DNA of 64,000 bases from Spirochaetia bacterium (GTDB taxonomy: Bacteria > Spirochaetota > Spirochaetia > UBA9216), in assembly GCA_963677925.2 (NCBI GenBank), contig CAXXYH010000004.1:2208001-2272000 (forward strand). The letters run 5' to 3'. The notes below the pieces were generated by a model. That model was not told the DNA's origin, did no database searches, and was given only the letters and a program-made list of their open reading frames with translations. Both the position numbers and the translations under genes were made by a program. Shown here one piece after another: positions 18,201 to 26,994 of this stretch; the stretch's first letter is position 1, and every line of letters begins with the position of its first letter.

Positions 18201-20042
18201 ATGAAAAAGATAAAAGTTACTTCAATGTTTATTATAATTGTTTTGCTGATTTCAGGCTTGTTTTTCGGATGCAGCCCCGATAATCCGGGGGTAGAGGGGG
18301 AGCTATACCTGTATATAGGTCTGTATCATGGCTGCGCCGGTAGCGGCGATCTTGACGAAGCAGCTACATCGGTGAACGGAATATATTCCGTCGGGGAGGG
18401 GGTAACTGCTGCTGCCGTGGCTGATTCAGGCAGTGTCTTTGCCGGCTGGTACGATGCTGAACAGGGCGGTAATCTCGTTTCGTCCGAAAACCCTTATAGC
18501 TTTGATATTGAAGCGGATACCTGCTTATATGCCTCGTTTTCTGATCCCGTACCCCCGGCCGAAGTTTCGGATTTTTCAATATCGCATATCGGCGAAGGGG
18601 TTGCCATAATGGACTGGAGCGATTCGCCGGACAGTGATTTTGACCACGTTGAGATTTCCGCATCGCCTGCAGATGTAAGCACAGTTACAGTAAGTGAAGG
18701 CATCGAAAGTGCAACCCTTACCGGACTTAGCAGTGAGACTTCCTATACAATAAGCCTGAAAACCGTGGATGCCGAGGGTAATAAATCTTCCGGTATATCG
18801 TTCAATATGTATATACCGGCTTCCTTTACAAGGGTAAGCTCGTTTATTACCGACAGCGACGGAGCTGTGTTGAATACTCTGCTTGGAAATGACGTGACAA
18901 ACGGAACAGGCGGCTACTATATTTTAGCTGTCGATGTGAACCTTGACGGCGTGAGCTGGACTCCAGTCGGTGATGATACATCTCCTTTCACCGGCACCTT
19001 TGACGGCGGCGGCCGCACCATCTCCAACCTGACAATCAATTCTTTGGAATACTACCAGGGGCTTTTCGGCTACACATCCGGTACATTGAGCAATGTCTGC
19101 CTGGAAGATGCCTCAGTTACCGGCACCGGTCATGCGGGAGCTCTGGCGGGAAGGAATGACGGAGGTACCATAAACAATTGTCTGGTTGCAGACGGCGATG
19201 TATCGGGTACGGGCGCTGTAGGCGGACTTGCGGGCTCGAATACCGGTTTAATAACCGGTAGTTCTGCGGCCGGCAGTATTTCAGGTACAGGAAGTAATAT
19301 AGGCGGCCTGGTGGGATATAACAATGGTCCGGTAAGCGGCAGCCATGCTGTAGGGACGGTTTCAGGACCTCAGCATGTCGGCGGTTTGATGGGGAAGAAC
19401 GAAAGCACGGTAACCGACAGCTATGCCGAAGCAGCTGTCTCGGGAACCGGATATTTCATAGGGGGGCTGGCTGGAGAAAACAACGGCGGCACAGTAAACA
19501 GCTGCTGTGCCACGGGGGAGGTTTCAGGCTCAGCCGACTATGCAGGGGGACTGCTCGGAGAAAACAACGGCGGTACGGTGACGGAAAGTTATGCTGCAGG
19601 GCCTGTCTCGATCTCAGGCAACTATGCCGGCGGTTTCATAGGAGAAAACAGCGGCGGTTCAGTGGCGGATTGCTACGCAACAGGGGCTGTATCCGGTTCA
19701 TTCCATGTCGGCGGCCTGGCGGGAACCAACAACAGCAGCGGGACCGTGACCAACAGCTATGCTGCTGGAGCGGTCTCCGGCTCCGGCAATGCAGGGGCCC
19801 TGGCGGGACAAAACCTCAGCAGCGCTGCAATAAACTATTGTTATGCCGATAGTACAGTCAACAGCAGTTTATCTTTGATTGCAGAAAGTAGCGGCTCCTT
19901 TACAGGCTCCATACTTTCTACAGTACAAATGCAGGATTCACAAAATTATCACAGCAGCTGGGATTTCACTAACACCTGGGAAATAAGCAGCAGCATCAAC
20001 AGCGGATATCCCTTTCTAAGAGTCCTTGCCGATACCTATTGA
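18201..20042 (+). CDS. Surface lipoprotein with GLUG repeats (copy 2, tandem paralog)
   Basis: MKKIKV start after the same TTACGGAGA RBS as copy 1; lipobox LFFG-C; same domain order. Confidence 0.82.
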   Translation: MKKIKVTSMFIIIVLLISGLFFGCSPDNPGVEGELYLYIGLYHGCAGSGDLDEAATSVNGIYSVGEGVTAAAVADSGSVFAGWYDAEQGGNLVSSENPYSFDIEADTCLYASFSDPVPPAEVSDFSISHIGEGVAIMDWSDSPDSDFDHVEISASPADVSTVTVSEGIESATLTGLSSETSYTISLKTVDAEGNKSSGISFNMYIPASFTRVSSFITDSDGAVLNTLLGNDVTNGTGGYYILAVDVNLDGVSWTPVGDDTSPFTGTFDGGGRTISNLTINSLEYYQGLFGYTSGTLSNVCLEDASVTGTGHAGALAGRNDGGTINNCLVADGDVSGTGAVGGLAGSNTGLITGSSAAGSISGTGSNIGGLVGYNNGPVSGSHAVGTVSGPQHVGGLMGKNESTVTDSYAEAAVSGTGYFIGGLAGENNGGTVNSCCATGEVSGSADYAGGLLGENNGGTVTESYAAGPVSISGNYAGGFIGENSGGSVADCYATGAVSGSFHVGGLAGTNNSSGTVTNSYAAGAVSGSGNAGALAGQNLSSAAINYCYADSTVNSSLSLIAESSGSFTGSILSTVQMQDSQNYHSSWDFTNTWEISSSINSGYPFLRVLADTY

Positions 20043-20066
20043 AGGTTAAAATTTAATTGTGTTATG

Positions 20067-20215
20067 AGCTTCTTGCAAAACTCGGTTAGTTTAGCAAGAA
20101 GCTTTGAAGCAAAATTTTACATAATTATGTAAATTATTATATAATAACAAATTGTAAAATTTTCTTCATTTACATTAAGGTAGCAATTTCAAAACTTTCT
20201 TAGTTTTGAAATTGC
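20067..20215. repeat. Cluster of inverted repeats; REP/MITE-like CAAAACT-N5-AGTTT(T/A)G hairpin pair around an AT-rich palindromic core
   Basis: AGCTTCTTGCAAAACT-cggtt-AGTTTAGCAAGAAGCT (20067-20103); TTTACATAATTATGTAAA (20116-20133); TTATTATATAATAA (20134-20147); GCAATTTCAAAACT-ttctt-AGTTTTGAAATTGC (20183-20215). Confidence 0.7.
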
Positions 20216-20237
20216 CTCTTATAACGGGTTTTTATCA

Positions 20238-20255
20238 GGGGGCGTTTCAGCCCCC
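20238..20255. terminator. GC hairpin between convergent genes
   Basis: GGGGGC-gtttca-GCCCCC in AT-rich flanks. Confidence 0.45.
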
Positions 20256-20296
20256 ATATTATTTAGTTTTGCGTATGAGAACCGATCCGGGGACGA

Positions 20297-21196
20297 CTAT
20301 TCCCCGTCCTCATCATCGTCATCATCACTAAGAACATTATCGTTCTCAAAAGCCACCTTTGCCGTTGCGCTTGCTCCCTGATTTGCATCGAGAAAGAAAT
20401 CAACATCAAAGTTCTGAATAATCGATTCTATTGTAGCTGTGCTTCCTACCTCTACAGTAAATGAACTCAAATCGATATCGATGTCCACTTCACTTATTGT
20501 TTCATCAACAAAAACTGAAGTAGTGCCGTCTTCATTTGCGATTGATATGGAAATTGGAATAAGAATCATGTCACCGAGAAAATCCTTATCTCTTGCATCT
20601 GCAAGCTGCTGAACATTGCTTGGCCTTGTTTCTGTTTCTGCAACAAGTGATGTAGAATCGGTGTCATACCATTTGAATACACCGCCGTCTTTTATAAGCA
20701 GATCGCCTTTCTGGTATGGCGCAACATTCCCGCCGGATACTCTAACTGTGTATTCGGTTGAGTCATAGGTAAAGGTGAAATCATAGTATTTTCCGTACAG
20801 GGCGATAGCGCTTGAATCTCCGCCGCTCCCCTGAAGATCTCCGGCATTATGCGACCATTCCACCGGTACACTCAGATCAAACTTCTCAAACAGACAGCCT
20901 TCCATGGCTACCGGCCCGCGTTCTTCATTTGCCGTGAAAACGGTATAAGCGTAGGGTTCTCCGTCAACCGGAAACAGTACCGCATTCATCTGGCCGCTGA
21001 TATTTGTCAGAACCGGCGGATCGGGCGGTGCTGCAGCTCTTGAGAGTCTTGCACCTGTTTCCAGATCACTGCTGTGAAGTGTTGTCAGAATCGGATATTC
21101 CAGATCCTGTTCCTCTTCACATGAAATTAGAATTACTGATATAAGTATCAGCAGCACTGCTATAAATCTCTTTTTATTCAATTTGTGCCTCCGCAT
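20297..21196 (-). CDS. Hypothetical acidic lipoprotein
   Basis: Basic N-terminus, hydrophobic stretch, lipobox LIS-C, acidic tail; no recognised domain. Confidence 0.65.
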   Translation of the reverse strand: MRRHKLNKKRFIAVLLILISVILISCEEEQDLEYPILTTLHSSDLETGARLSRAAAPPDPPVLTNISGQMNAVLFPVDGEPYAYTVFTANEERGPVAMEGCLFEKFDLSVPVEWSHNAGDLQGSGGDSSAIALYGKYYDFTFTYDSTEYTVRVSGGNVAPYQKGDLLIKDGGVFKWYDTDSTSLVAETETRPSNVQQLADARDKDFLGDMILIPISISIANEDGTTSVFVDETISEVDIDIDLSSFTVEVGSTATIESIIQNFDVDFFLDANQGASATAKVAFENDNVLSDDDDDEDGE

Positions 21197-21226
21197 ACGA
21201 TTTTCTTTATTTTAATAAAGAAAATT

Positions 21227-22969
21227 TCAGACCGCAAGCACAAAAAGCCATCCTGCCATGACGGCAAGACCGATTGAAAATGAGATGAAAAGACCGCTGT
21301 AGCTGCGTGGACGTTCTCTGATGATTCTGAGTACTGATTTCCCCGGTATTGTTTTAAACAGCAGATATATTATTAATCCGCATATAATTATTATTCCTGT
21401 TTTTATCAGGCTGTCTGCAGAATATAGTGCAGGCGGGATGACTTTTACCTTGGCATCAATCCCTGCAGGATTCAGCAGGTGCCCGGCCAGAACTGACAGC
21501 CGGGGTGCCGCAATTCCGGCTGCAAGGCAGAGGAGTGAAAGAAAAAGCTGTGCAATTTCAGCAGCAGGACTGACCCGCTTATCCAAAGGCTCAATCTTAT
21601 TAACTTTTTCCCTCCGGCCGGAGGGGAGAAATATTCTTGAAAGCTTGATAAATGAAGCAACTGTTCCTACACTGGCAATAGTCAGGATCGTGTATTCCCA
21701 TCTTCCTTTCAGGCCGTACAGGAGGGCCGATTTGCTGGCGAATCCGTTTAAAGGCGGAATGGCGGAAATTGCCATGGCGGCAAGAAAAAAGGCAATTGCA
21801 GTAAGCGGCAGACGTTCTCCCGCTTTTCGCAGAAGAGATGCACCGTTTCTTAGTTTATATACATCCCTCTCTCCGGCAAGATCAGTCAGACTTCCTACAG
21901 TAAGAAAGAGAGCGCCTTTGAACATAGCGTGATACATGGCATGCAGAAAGGCTGCTGTCATGAGGATCAGGCCTGCCTGACTGTGAAGACCTATGCTCAC
22001 AGCGGCTCCCCAGGCACAGACTATATAGCCGATCTGACTGATGGAATGATATGCAAGCAGACGTTTCGCATCTTTCTGTGAAAGTGCGATGATGACCGCC
22101 GCAAGGGCTGTGATTCCGCCGGCGTAACCAAGCAGTTGACCGGCTGCTGCTCCAAAGGGGAGTATAAGCAGAATTCTTGAAAGTGCAAAAAGCGGAGTTT
22201 TTATTAGTACTCCCGACAGAACTGCAGAAACTGCGTGCGGGGCCATTGCGTGGGCATCAGGCAGCCAGCCGTAGAGAGGCAGGACTGCAACCCTGAGGGC
22301 TACGGCTGCAACAACCAGGGCCAGAGAGATAGCCGCTGTTGTTCCTCCGTTGTTTTCAAGGACTGAAAGGCCGGCTGCAATACCTTCATAGGAGAGGGAA
22401 CCTGTCAGCCGGTAGAATCCGTAAAGTCCTGCCAGAAAGAATATCATAGCGGTGGCGCTGACCATCAAATAGGAAAATGCTGCAAGGTAGGCTCCCTTTT
22501 TTTCTGAAAATGTAACCAGTGTGTACGAAGCTATTCCCATAACTTCCAGACATACAAAAAGGTTGAACATATCTGCTGTTATAGCCGTTGCTGTCAGGGC
22601 CGCTGTCTGAATCAGAAATATTGCTGTGAATTTAGGGCCTCTGGGACCGGCTCCTGTTGAATAGAGCCAGGCAGGCATCGCAACTGAAAATCCTAGAAAT
22701 ATTACAAGCCATGCCAGACCGTCAAATTTGTAGGATATTCCGACACCGGAATGCCAGTCTCCGATTATTCCGGAATAAATCTTTCCCTGCAGCAGCCAGG
22801 GCAGTATTGAAAACAGTACCAGCCAGGGAAGCAGCAGTCCTATTGCTGCTCCCATATATTCGAGAATTTTCTGCAGCCGGTTTTTAAAAAAGGCTTTAGA
22901 GCAGAAGACCACTGCCGCCCCTAAGAGAGGCAGCAGAACAGGCAGGAAAATAATATCAGAACCCTTCAT
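21227..22969 (-). CDS. mnhD: Mrp/Mnh antiporter subunit D (NuoN/MbhH-like proton-conducting subunit)
   Basis: DMFNLFVCLEVMG, PLYGWLPDAHAMAP, KRLLAYHSISQIGY, PPLNGFASK. Confidence 0.85.
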   Translation of the reverse strand: MKGSDIIFLPVLLPLLGAAVVFCSKAFFKNRLQKILEYMGAAIGLLLPWLVLFSILPWLLQGKIYSGIIGDWHSGVGISYKFDGLAWLVIFLGFSVAMPAWLYSTGAGPRGPKFTAIFLIQTAALTATAITADMFNLFVCLEVMGIASYTLVTFSEKKGAYLAAFSYLMVSATAMIFFLAGLYGFYRLTGSLSYEGIAAGLSVLENNGGTTAAISLALVVAAVALRVAVLPLYGWLPDAHAMAPHAVSAVLSGVLIKTPLFALSRILLILPFGAAAGQLLGYAGGITALAAVIIALSQKDAKRLLAYHSISQIGYIVCAWGAAVSIGLHSQAGLILMTAAFLHAMYHAMFKGALFLTVGSLTDLAGERDVYKLRNGASLLRKAGERLPLTAIAFFLAAMAISAIPPLNGFASKSALLYGLKGRWEYTILTIASVGTVASFIKLSRIFLPSGRREKVNKIEPLDKRVSPAAEIAQLFLSLLCLAAGIAAPRLSVLAGHLLNPAGIDAKVKVIPPALYSADSLIKTGIIIICGLIIYLLFKTIPGKSVLRIIRERPRSYSGLFISFSIGLAVMAGWLFVLAV

Positions 22970-23310
22970 TTTGAGTCCCTGTTTATCTTTCTGCGTATTT
23001 CATCGATATCGAAGGTCCCGGTTGAATTATAAAGCCGGTAGGCTATGGAGAGTGCAAGAGCTGTAACACAGACACCGATTACTATTGCTGTTAGCATAAG
23101 GGCCTGAGGGACCGGATCAACGATTGATTTTACACCGTCTGTCAATATAGGAGCATTATCACCAATTATCGCTCCTTCCTTAACAAAAAGGATTACTATT
23201 GTGCTGTTAAGTATGCATAGTCCGAATATCTTCTTAATGATATTTTTCTTTCCTACAACTCCGTAAAATCCTGTAAGAAAGAGAACCAGCAGCAGGATAC
23301 GGTCTAACAT
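22966..23310 (-). CDS. mnhC: Mrp/Mnh antiporter subunit C
   Basis: NIIKKIFGL, VDPVPQALMLTAIVIG. Confidence 0.9.
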   Translation of the reverse strand: MLDRILLLVLFLTGFYGVVGKKNIIKKIFGLCILNSTIVILFVKEGAIIGDNAPILTDGVKSIVDPVPQALMLTAIVIGVCVTALALSIAYRLYNSTGTFDIDEIRRKINRDSK

Positions 23311-24074
23311 GCTTCAAAATCTCCCATCATGGCAACGCTCATGTAGGCAAGTCCGGAACCTACCTTAAGGCCTATTACCGCATTCAGCAGTATAATAAAA
23401 CCCACCTGCGGAATCTCAGTGCCTCTGAAAGGATTTGCAAAAAATCCGATCCCTGTGATAATACCGGCGCCGGAGGCTATTACAAATAAAAGAAAAGAAA
23501 GGGCTTCTATCCGGTTCAGGATATCGGCTCTTGCCAGCACATTGCTGTAATTGCCTCTTGTCCCCAGTGTTATAAATATTATTCCGGATGCAATTACAAC
23601 TCCGCCCTGAAAGCCTCCGCCCGGCGACATGTGCCCGAAGAGTATTACATAAAGACCGAAAATCAGAACTATCGGTCCCAGTTTTCCTGTTACAACTTCC
23701 ATAAGTACAGTACGTTTACGGGTTAGAAAAACCGGATTTTTCCCGGCTGCAGCAGCCCTGTTTGCAGAGTCTTCGCTGCAGTACTCCGGAGCGATGTTTT
23801 TACCGGTATAGGCAATCATCCCTATGGTACCGCTGATTGCAACCAGAAGGACAATTGTCTCCCCGAGGGTGTCATATGCTCTGTATCCAAGATATATTGA
23901 GCTCACAATGTTTACTGCACCGGTTTCTTCATGTCCGCTCTGCTCAAGATAGTCTCTGATTTTTGCCGGCCATCTTGAGTTCTCCATAAAAACCGGCAGC
24001 AGGACAGCAGTCACTAATAATACCGGAAGCAGAATCTGAAATATCCTTAAAAAAGATTTCAAAATAAATTTCAT
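23304..24074 (-). CDS. mnhB: Mrp/Mnh subunit B (MbhE+MbhF-like fusion)
   Basis: GAVNIVSSIYLGYRAYDTLGE and GHMSPGGGFQGG. Confidence 0.85.
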   Translation of the reverse strand: MKFILKSFLRIFQILLPVLLVTAVLLPVFMENSRWPAKIRDYLEQSGHEETGAVNIVSSIYLGYRAYDTLGETIVLLVAISGTIGMIAYTGKNIAPEYCSEDSANRAAAAGKNPVFLTRKRTVLMEVVTGKLGPIVLIFGLYVILFGHMSPGGGFQGGVVIASGIIFITLGTRGNYSNVLARADILNRIEALSFLLFVIASGAGIITGIGFFANPFRGTEIPQVGFIILLNAVIGLKVGSGLAYMSVAMMGDFEAC

Positions 24075-24307
24075 CAGCTTTTATCCCATTTATCAGTGAC
24101 CTTTATGGCCCAGACAAAGATGATGGTTGAAATCCCTGCTCCAACTGCCGCCTCTGTAATTGCAACATCAGGCGCTTTTAAAAGATAGAAAAGCATGGCT
24201 GAGATCAGACTGAAGGCGGAAAGTGCAAGTATACCATGCAGGAGATTCCGGCTTGTCAGGGTATATACTGCCAGAATGATAAGCATAAGTATCATTATTC
24301 TAACCAT
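24074..24307 (-). CDS. DUF4040/MbhD-like small membrane subunit (MrpA C-terminal-like)
   Basis: LKAPDVAITEAAVGAG; ATG at 24307 preferred over the longer track start. Confidence 0.8.
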   Translation of the reverse strand: MVRIMILMLIILAVYTLTSRNLLHGILALSAFSLISAMLFYLLKAPDVAITEAAVGAGISTIIFVWAIKVTDKWDKS

Positions 24308-24629
24308 TTTCCCTGCCTTTGCTTTTGGGAGGCTTTTGGCCGGAAACACCGGAGTTCCAGATAAATCTTGCCACTATATGTGAGCTGGTTGGTGAGGAGA
24401 CCATGAAAAAAGCGGCTATTATCAGAACTCTTGCGGCAATCGCCCAACCCGGTGATAGGGCGAGCGCTCCTATCATGATTGAAAATACTGCAGTTGTGCC
24501 GCAGAGCGAACCTGCCTGCAGTCTCTGGTAGGGATCTTTAAAACGGAACAGTCCGATAAGTCCTGCTGTTCCGAATATGACGGCACTTAGAAATGCCGCT
24601 GCTGCAATGATGTCAAGAGCAAGTCTCAT
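24300..24629 (-). CDS. mnhG: Mrp/Mnh antiporter subunit G
   Basis: GLFRFKDPYQRLQAGS, SPTSSHIVAR. Confidence 0.88.
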   Translation of the reverse strand: MRLALDIIAAAAFLSAVIFGTAGLIGLFRFKDPYQRLQAGSLCGTTAVFSIMIGALALSPGWAIAARVLIIAAFFMVSSPTSSHIVARFIWNSGVSGQKPPKSKGRENG

Positions 24630-24910
24630 CAGCTACCATCTCCGTCGCCTGAGAATTTATCCTTCAGAAAGCGTGCTATGGCAAGGAATCCCAGAAATCC
24701 GAATATATCATAGACAAGGGCCACATCAAGATAGAGGGCCCTTCCTTCGCTTACACCTCTTGTTACAAGAAAAGCCAGTACAACGCCTGACAGAATATTA
24801 AGGGCTACCAGTCTGTCTGATGAGGTCGGGCCGGAAATCATCCGGATGATGCAGATCAGAGCGCATAAAAGCAGGAACCACTTCATCCACTCAAGCATGA
24901 GCATACGCAT
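24629..24910 (-). CDS. mnhF: Mrp/Mnh antiporter subunit F
   Basis: RMISGPTSSDRLVALN, YLDVALVY, GFLAIARF. Confidence 0.88.
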   Translation of the reverse strand: MRMLMLEWMKWFLLLCALICIIRMISGPTSSDRLVALNILSGVVLAFLVTRGVSEGRALYLDVALVYDIFGFLGFLAIARFLKDKFSGDGDGS

Positions 24911-24916
24911 GACAGC

Positions 24917-25456
24917 TTACCTCCAAACCCGGTTAAGCATTGTTTCCATACGGCCCTTAACTGCATCTCCGGCTACCTTTGAGTGGTGGGTGTTGCAGAA
25001 CATCCAGTGAACTGTGAGATGGTCGTCGTTTAAATCAAGTGTGATTGTTCCGGGAGTAAAGGTTATTGAATTGGAGAGTATCATTCTGGCAAGATCCGAA
25101 CGGAGTCTAGTTTTAAAGTGAACTATCTTAGGTGAAATTTTTCCCGAGAATACAGCAGGAAGCATTTTCAAACTCGATGCATACATAGCGTATATAATGT
25201 AGAAAAGAAATATTGCAAGCCTGAAAGGACTCAGGAAAAAAAGGCTTCTTGATACCTCGTGTTCAGCTATAAATACTCCATAGGTTAGCCATGAAATGAG
25301 AATCGACCCGGCCAGTCCTGCAATAATTGAATAAATATTCCATGTGAAGGAGAACAGCAGCCAGACCGCGAAAAGTGCGGAGGTAGTAAGTAAGAAACGA
25401 ATCAGCTTCCAGAGGCGTGAAGCTGATTCAGAACTCAGTCTGCTTTTATCATTCAC
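24917..25456 (-). CDS. mnhE: Mrp/Mnh antiporter subunit E
   Basis: ISPKIV..KTRL, LSNSITFTPGTIT, LTVHW. Confidence 0.88.
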   Translation of the reverse strand: MNDKSRLSSESASRLWKLIRFLLTTSALFAVWLLFSFTWNIYSIIAGLAGSILISWLTYGVFIAEHEVSRSLFFLSPFRLAIFLFYIIYAMYASSLKMLPAVFSGKISPKIVHFKTRLRSDLARMILSNSITFTPGTITLDLNDDHLTVHWMFCNTHHSKVAGDAVKGRMETMLNRVWR

Positions 25457-25462
25457 CGGTAT

Positions 25463-25921
25463 TTATCCTTCTTCAGCAATGAAAACCGATAAAAGTTGCT
25501 GAGGTGACCCGGAGGAAATCAGACTGTTTCTAAAATCTTCGTTATGAAGCAGTCTCGCCGTTTTAGACAGAAGTTTCAGATGAGTTCTAACCCCGGATTT
25601 TGGTCCGATCATCATTAGTACGATTGTAACCGGTTCTCCGTCAGTAGATGAAAAATCTATTCCTCCGGGTATTACAGCCGCCGCCATCGCAGTTTTTTCT
25701 GTACTCTCTGTCAGAGCATGCGGAACCGCACAGCCTGAACCTATGGCAGTAACCGAGATATCCTCACGGGCCAGAACCTCTGAAAACAGTGCCTTGTTAT
25801 CTTCGATTTTAAGAAAATCAGCAAGTCTGTCCGTCATAAGCCTGAGCAGTTCCTCTTTCGACTTAGCAGGAGGGTTAATGAAAATACAGTCAGGAGATAT
25901 CAGCGGATATATTTTAATCAT
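25463..25921 (-). CDS. Stand-alone PTS EIIA (Fru/Ntr-type) protein
   Basis: REDISVTAIGSGCAVPHA (phospho-acceptor His), IDFSSTDGEPV, HLKLLSKTARLL. Confidence 0.88.
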   Translation of the reverse strand: MIKIYPLISPDCIFINPPAKSKEELLRLMTDRLADFLKIEDNKALFSEVLAREDISVTAIGSGCAVPHALTESTEKTAMAAAVIPGGIDFSSTDGEPVTIVLMMIGPKSGVRTHLKLLSKTARLLHNEDFRNSLISSGSPQQLLSVFIAEEG

Positions 25922-25923
25922 AT

Positions 25924-26271
25924 TCAGGACTCCTCATCGAATTCTATCAACCCTGCAGCCCAGTCTATAGGCAGCGTAAACATTATTCCGGTTCCGGGGT
26001 TTTTAAGGCCTCCGACAACCTCATCAATCAGCACTCTGACACGTTTTATAACTTCATCATCGGTAACTACAGAAATGATGGTTTTGTTATAGGGTTTATT
26101 GCCTTTCATGAATTCCTTGAATCCGGCAAAGAGAGGAACCTCATAGGCAAGGAACCTGCCCATTCCCTCTGAGTCAAACATTGTTGCTCCGTCAATACCA
26201 GCCTCCACATAGGCTTCAAGCACCTCTTCGAGCAGTTCTTCCTTGTTCAGAATAAAAACGAGCAGTTTCAT
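25924..26271 (-). CDS. PII-like (GlnB-fold) signalling protein
   Basis: MKLLVFILNK, AGIDGATMFDSEGMG, PLFAG, PGTGIMFTLPI; GTG at 26286 is an alternative start. Confidence 0.75.
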   Translation of the reverse strand: MKLLVFILNKEELLEEVLEAYVEAGIDGATMFDSEGMGRFLAYEVPLFAGFKEFMKGNKPYNKTIISVVTDDEVIKRVRVLIDEVVGGLKNPGTGIMFTLPIDWAAGLIEFDEES

Positions 26272-26312
26272 TAATTTATTATTCACCTAAAAGTAAGTTT
26301 CTGTCAAATTCC

Positions 26313-26867
26313 TTAGCTGATTAAAGCTACAGTTCCTTTTTTCTTTCTTTCACCAAGCATAAATTTATTTTCCGCTGCAGGGTAGCCTATAATTACTGCA
26401 CAGATAACCCTGTTGTTTTCGGGAATCCCGGCTTCTTTTTTGAGCTCTGCATTTTCAGGACTGTTTAAAATCATGGACGGAGATGCAAGAAAGCATGAAC
26501 CCAGACCAAGACCTGTAGCCTCAAGCAGCATGTTCTCTGCAGATAATGCTGTATTTACTGCAGTGTAGGGTGCCTCCTGCGGTCCTGAAAGAAGTATCAG
26601 TACTGGTGCACTGTACAGCGGCTGGTAACCGGGGAGTGCCGCCCTCTGTCTGAGGAATTCTCTTTCGGATTTTACCATTTTTTCATGTGTGAGGTTATTT
26701 ATCTTCTCAAGCAGCTGTGGATTTGTAATTGCTGAAATATGAAAGTCACCGGCTACCGGACCCCACTGTCCTGCTTCAAGAACCTGGTTGATAATATCCT
26801 CAGGAACTGTTTTCTCAATATAAGCTCTGGTACTTTTTCGTGCTCTTACTGCTTCGGTAATTGTCAT
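26313..26867 (-). CDS. Nitroreductase family protein
   Basis: RKSTRAY, ENMLLEATGLGLGSC, IIGYP. Confidence 0.88.
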   Translation of the reverse strand: MTITEAVRARKSTRAYIEKTVPEDIINQVLEAGQWGPVAGDFHISAITNPQLLEKINNLTHEKMVKSEREFLRQRAALPGYQPLYSAPVLILLSGPQEAPYTAVNTALSAENMLLEATGLGLGSCFLASPSMILNSPENAELKKEAGIPENNRVICAVIIGYPAAENKFMLGERKKKGTVALIS

Positions 26868-26960
26868 ATGATTTCCTTTGTTTTAATTTAATTCTTAATT
26901 TTATTACCTCTCAATTAAAGCATAAAACCATATCCGACTACAATAAATAAAAGGAAATCA

Positions 26961-26989
26961 TTGATAAAAATATTATTAGAATATACGAT
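26961..26989 (+). promoter_or_regulatory. sigma70-type promoter, probably producing a leaderless mRNA
   Basis: TTGATA-17-TACGAT ends 5 nt before ATG 26995; no SD sequence. Confidence 0.5.
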
Positions 26990-26994
26990 GCGGC

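Noticed and set aside
17230-19830. Periodic GGCGG(T/C)CT repeats as a CRISPR array or DGR template
   Set aside because: They are degenerate in-frame codons of GLUG protein repeats; there are no identical repeats with unique spacers, cas genes or reverse transcriptase
20111-20147. dif-like site (TTATGTAAAT resembles a XerD arm) or hairpin-telomere-like AT palindrome
   Set aside because: The two arms abut with no 6-bp spacer, there is no XerC-type arm, and no recombinase or resolvase gene is in the window
21227-25456. Energy-converting hydrogenase or complex I operon
   Set aside because: No NiFe large/small subunit, NuoH-like or FeS subunit genes are present
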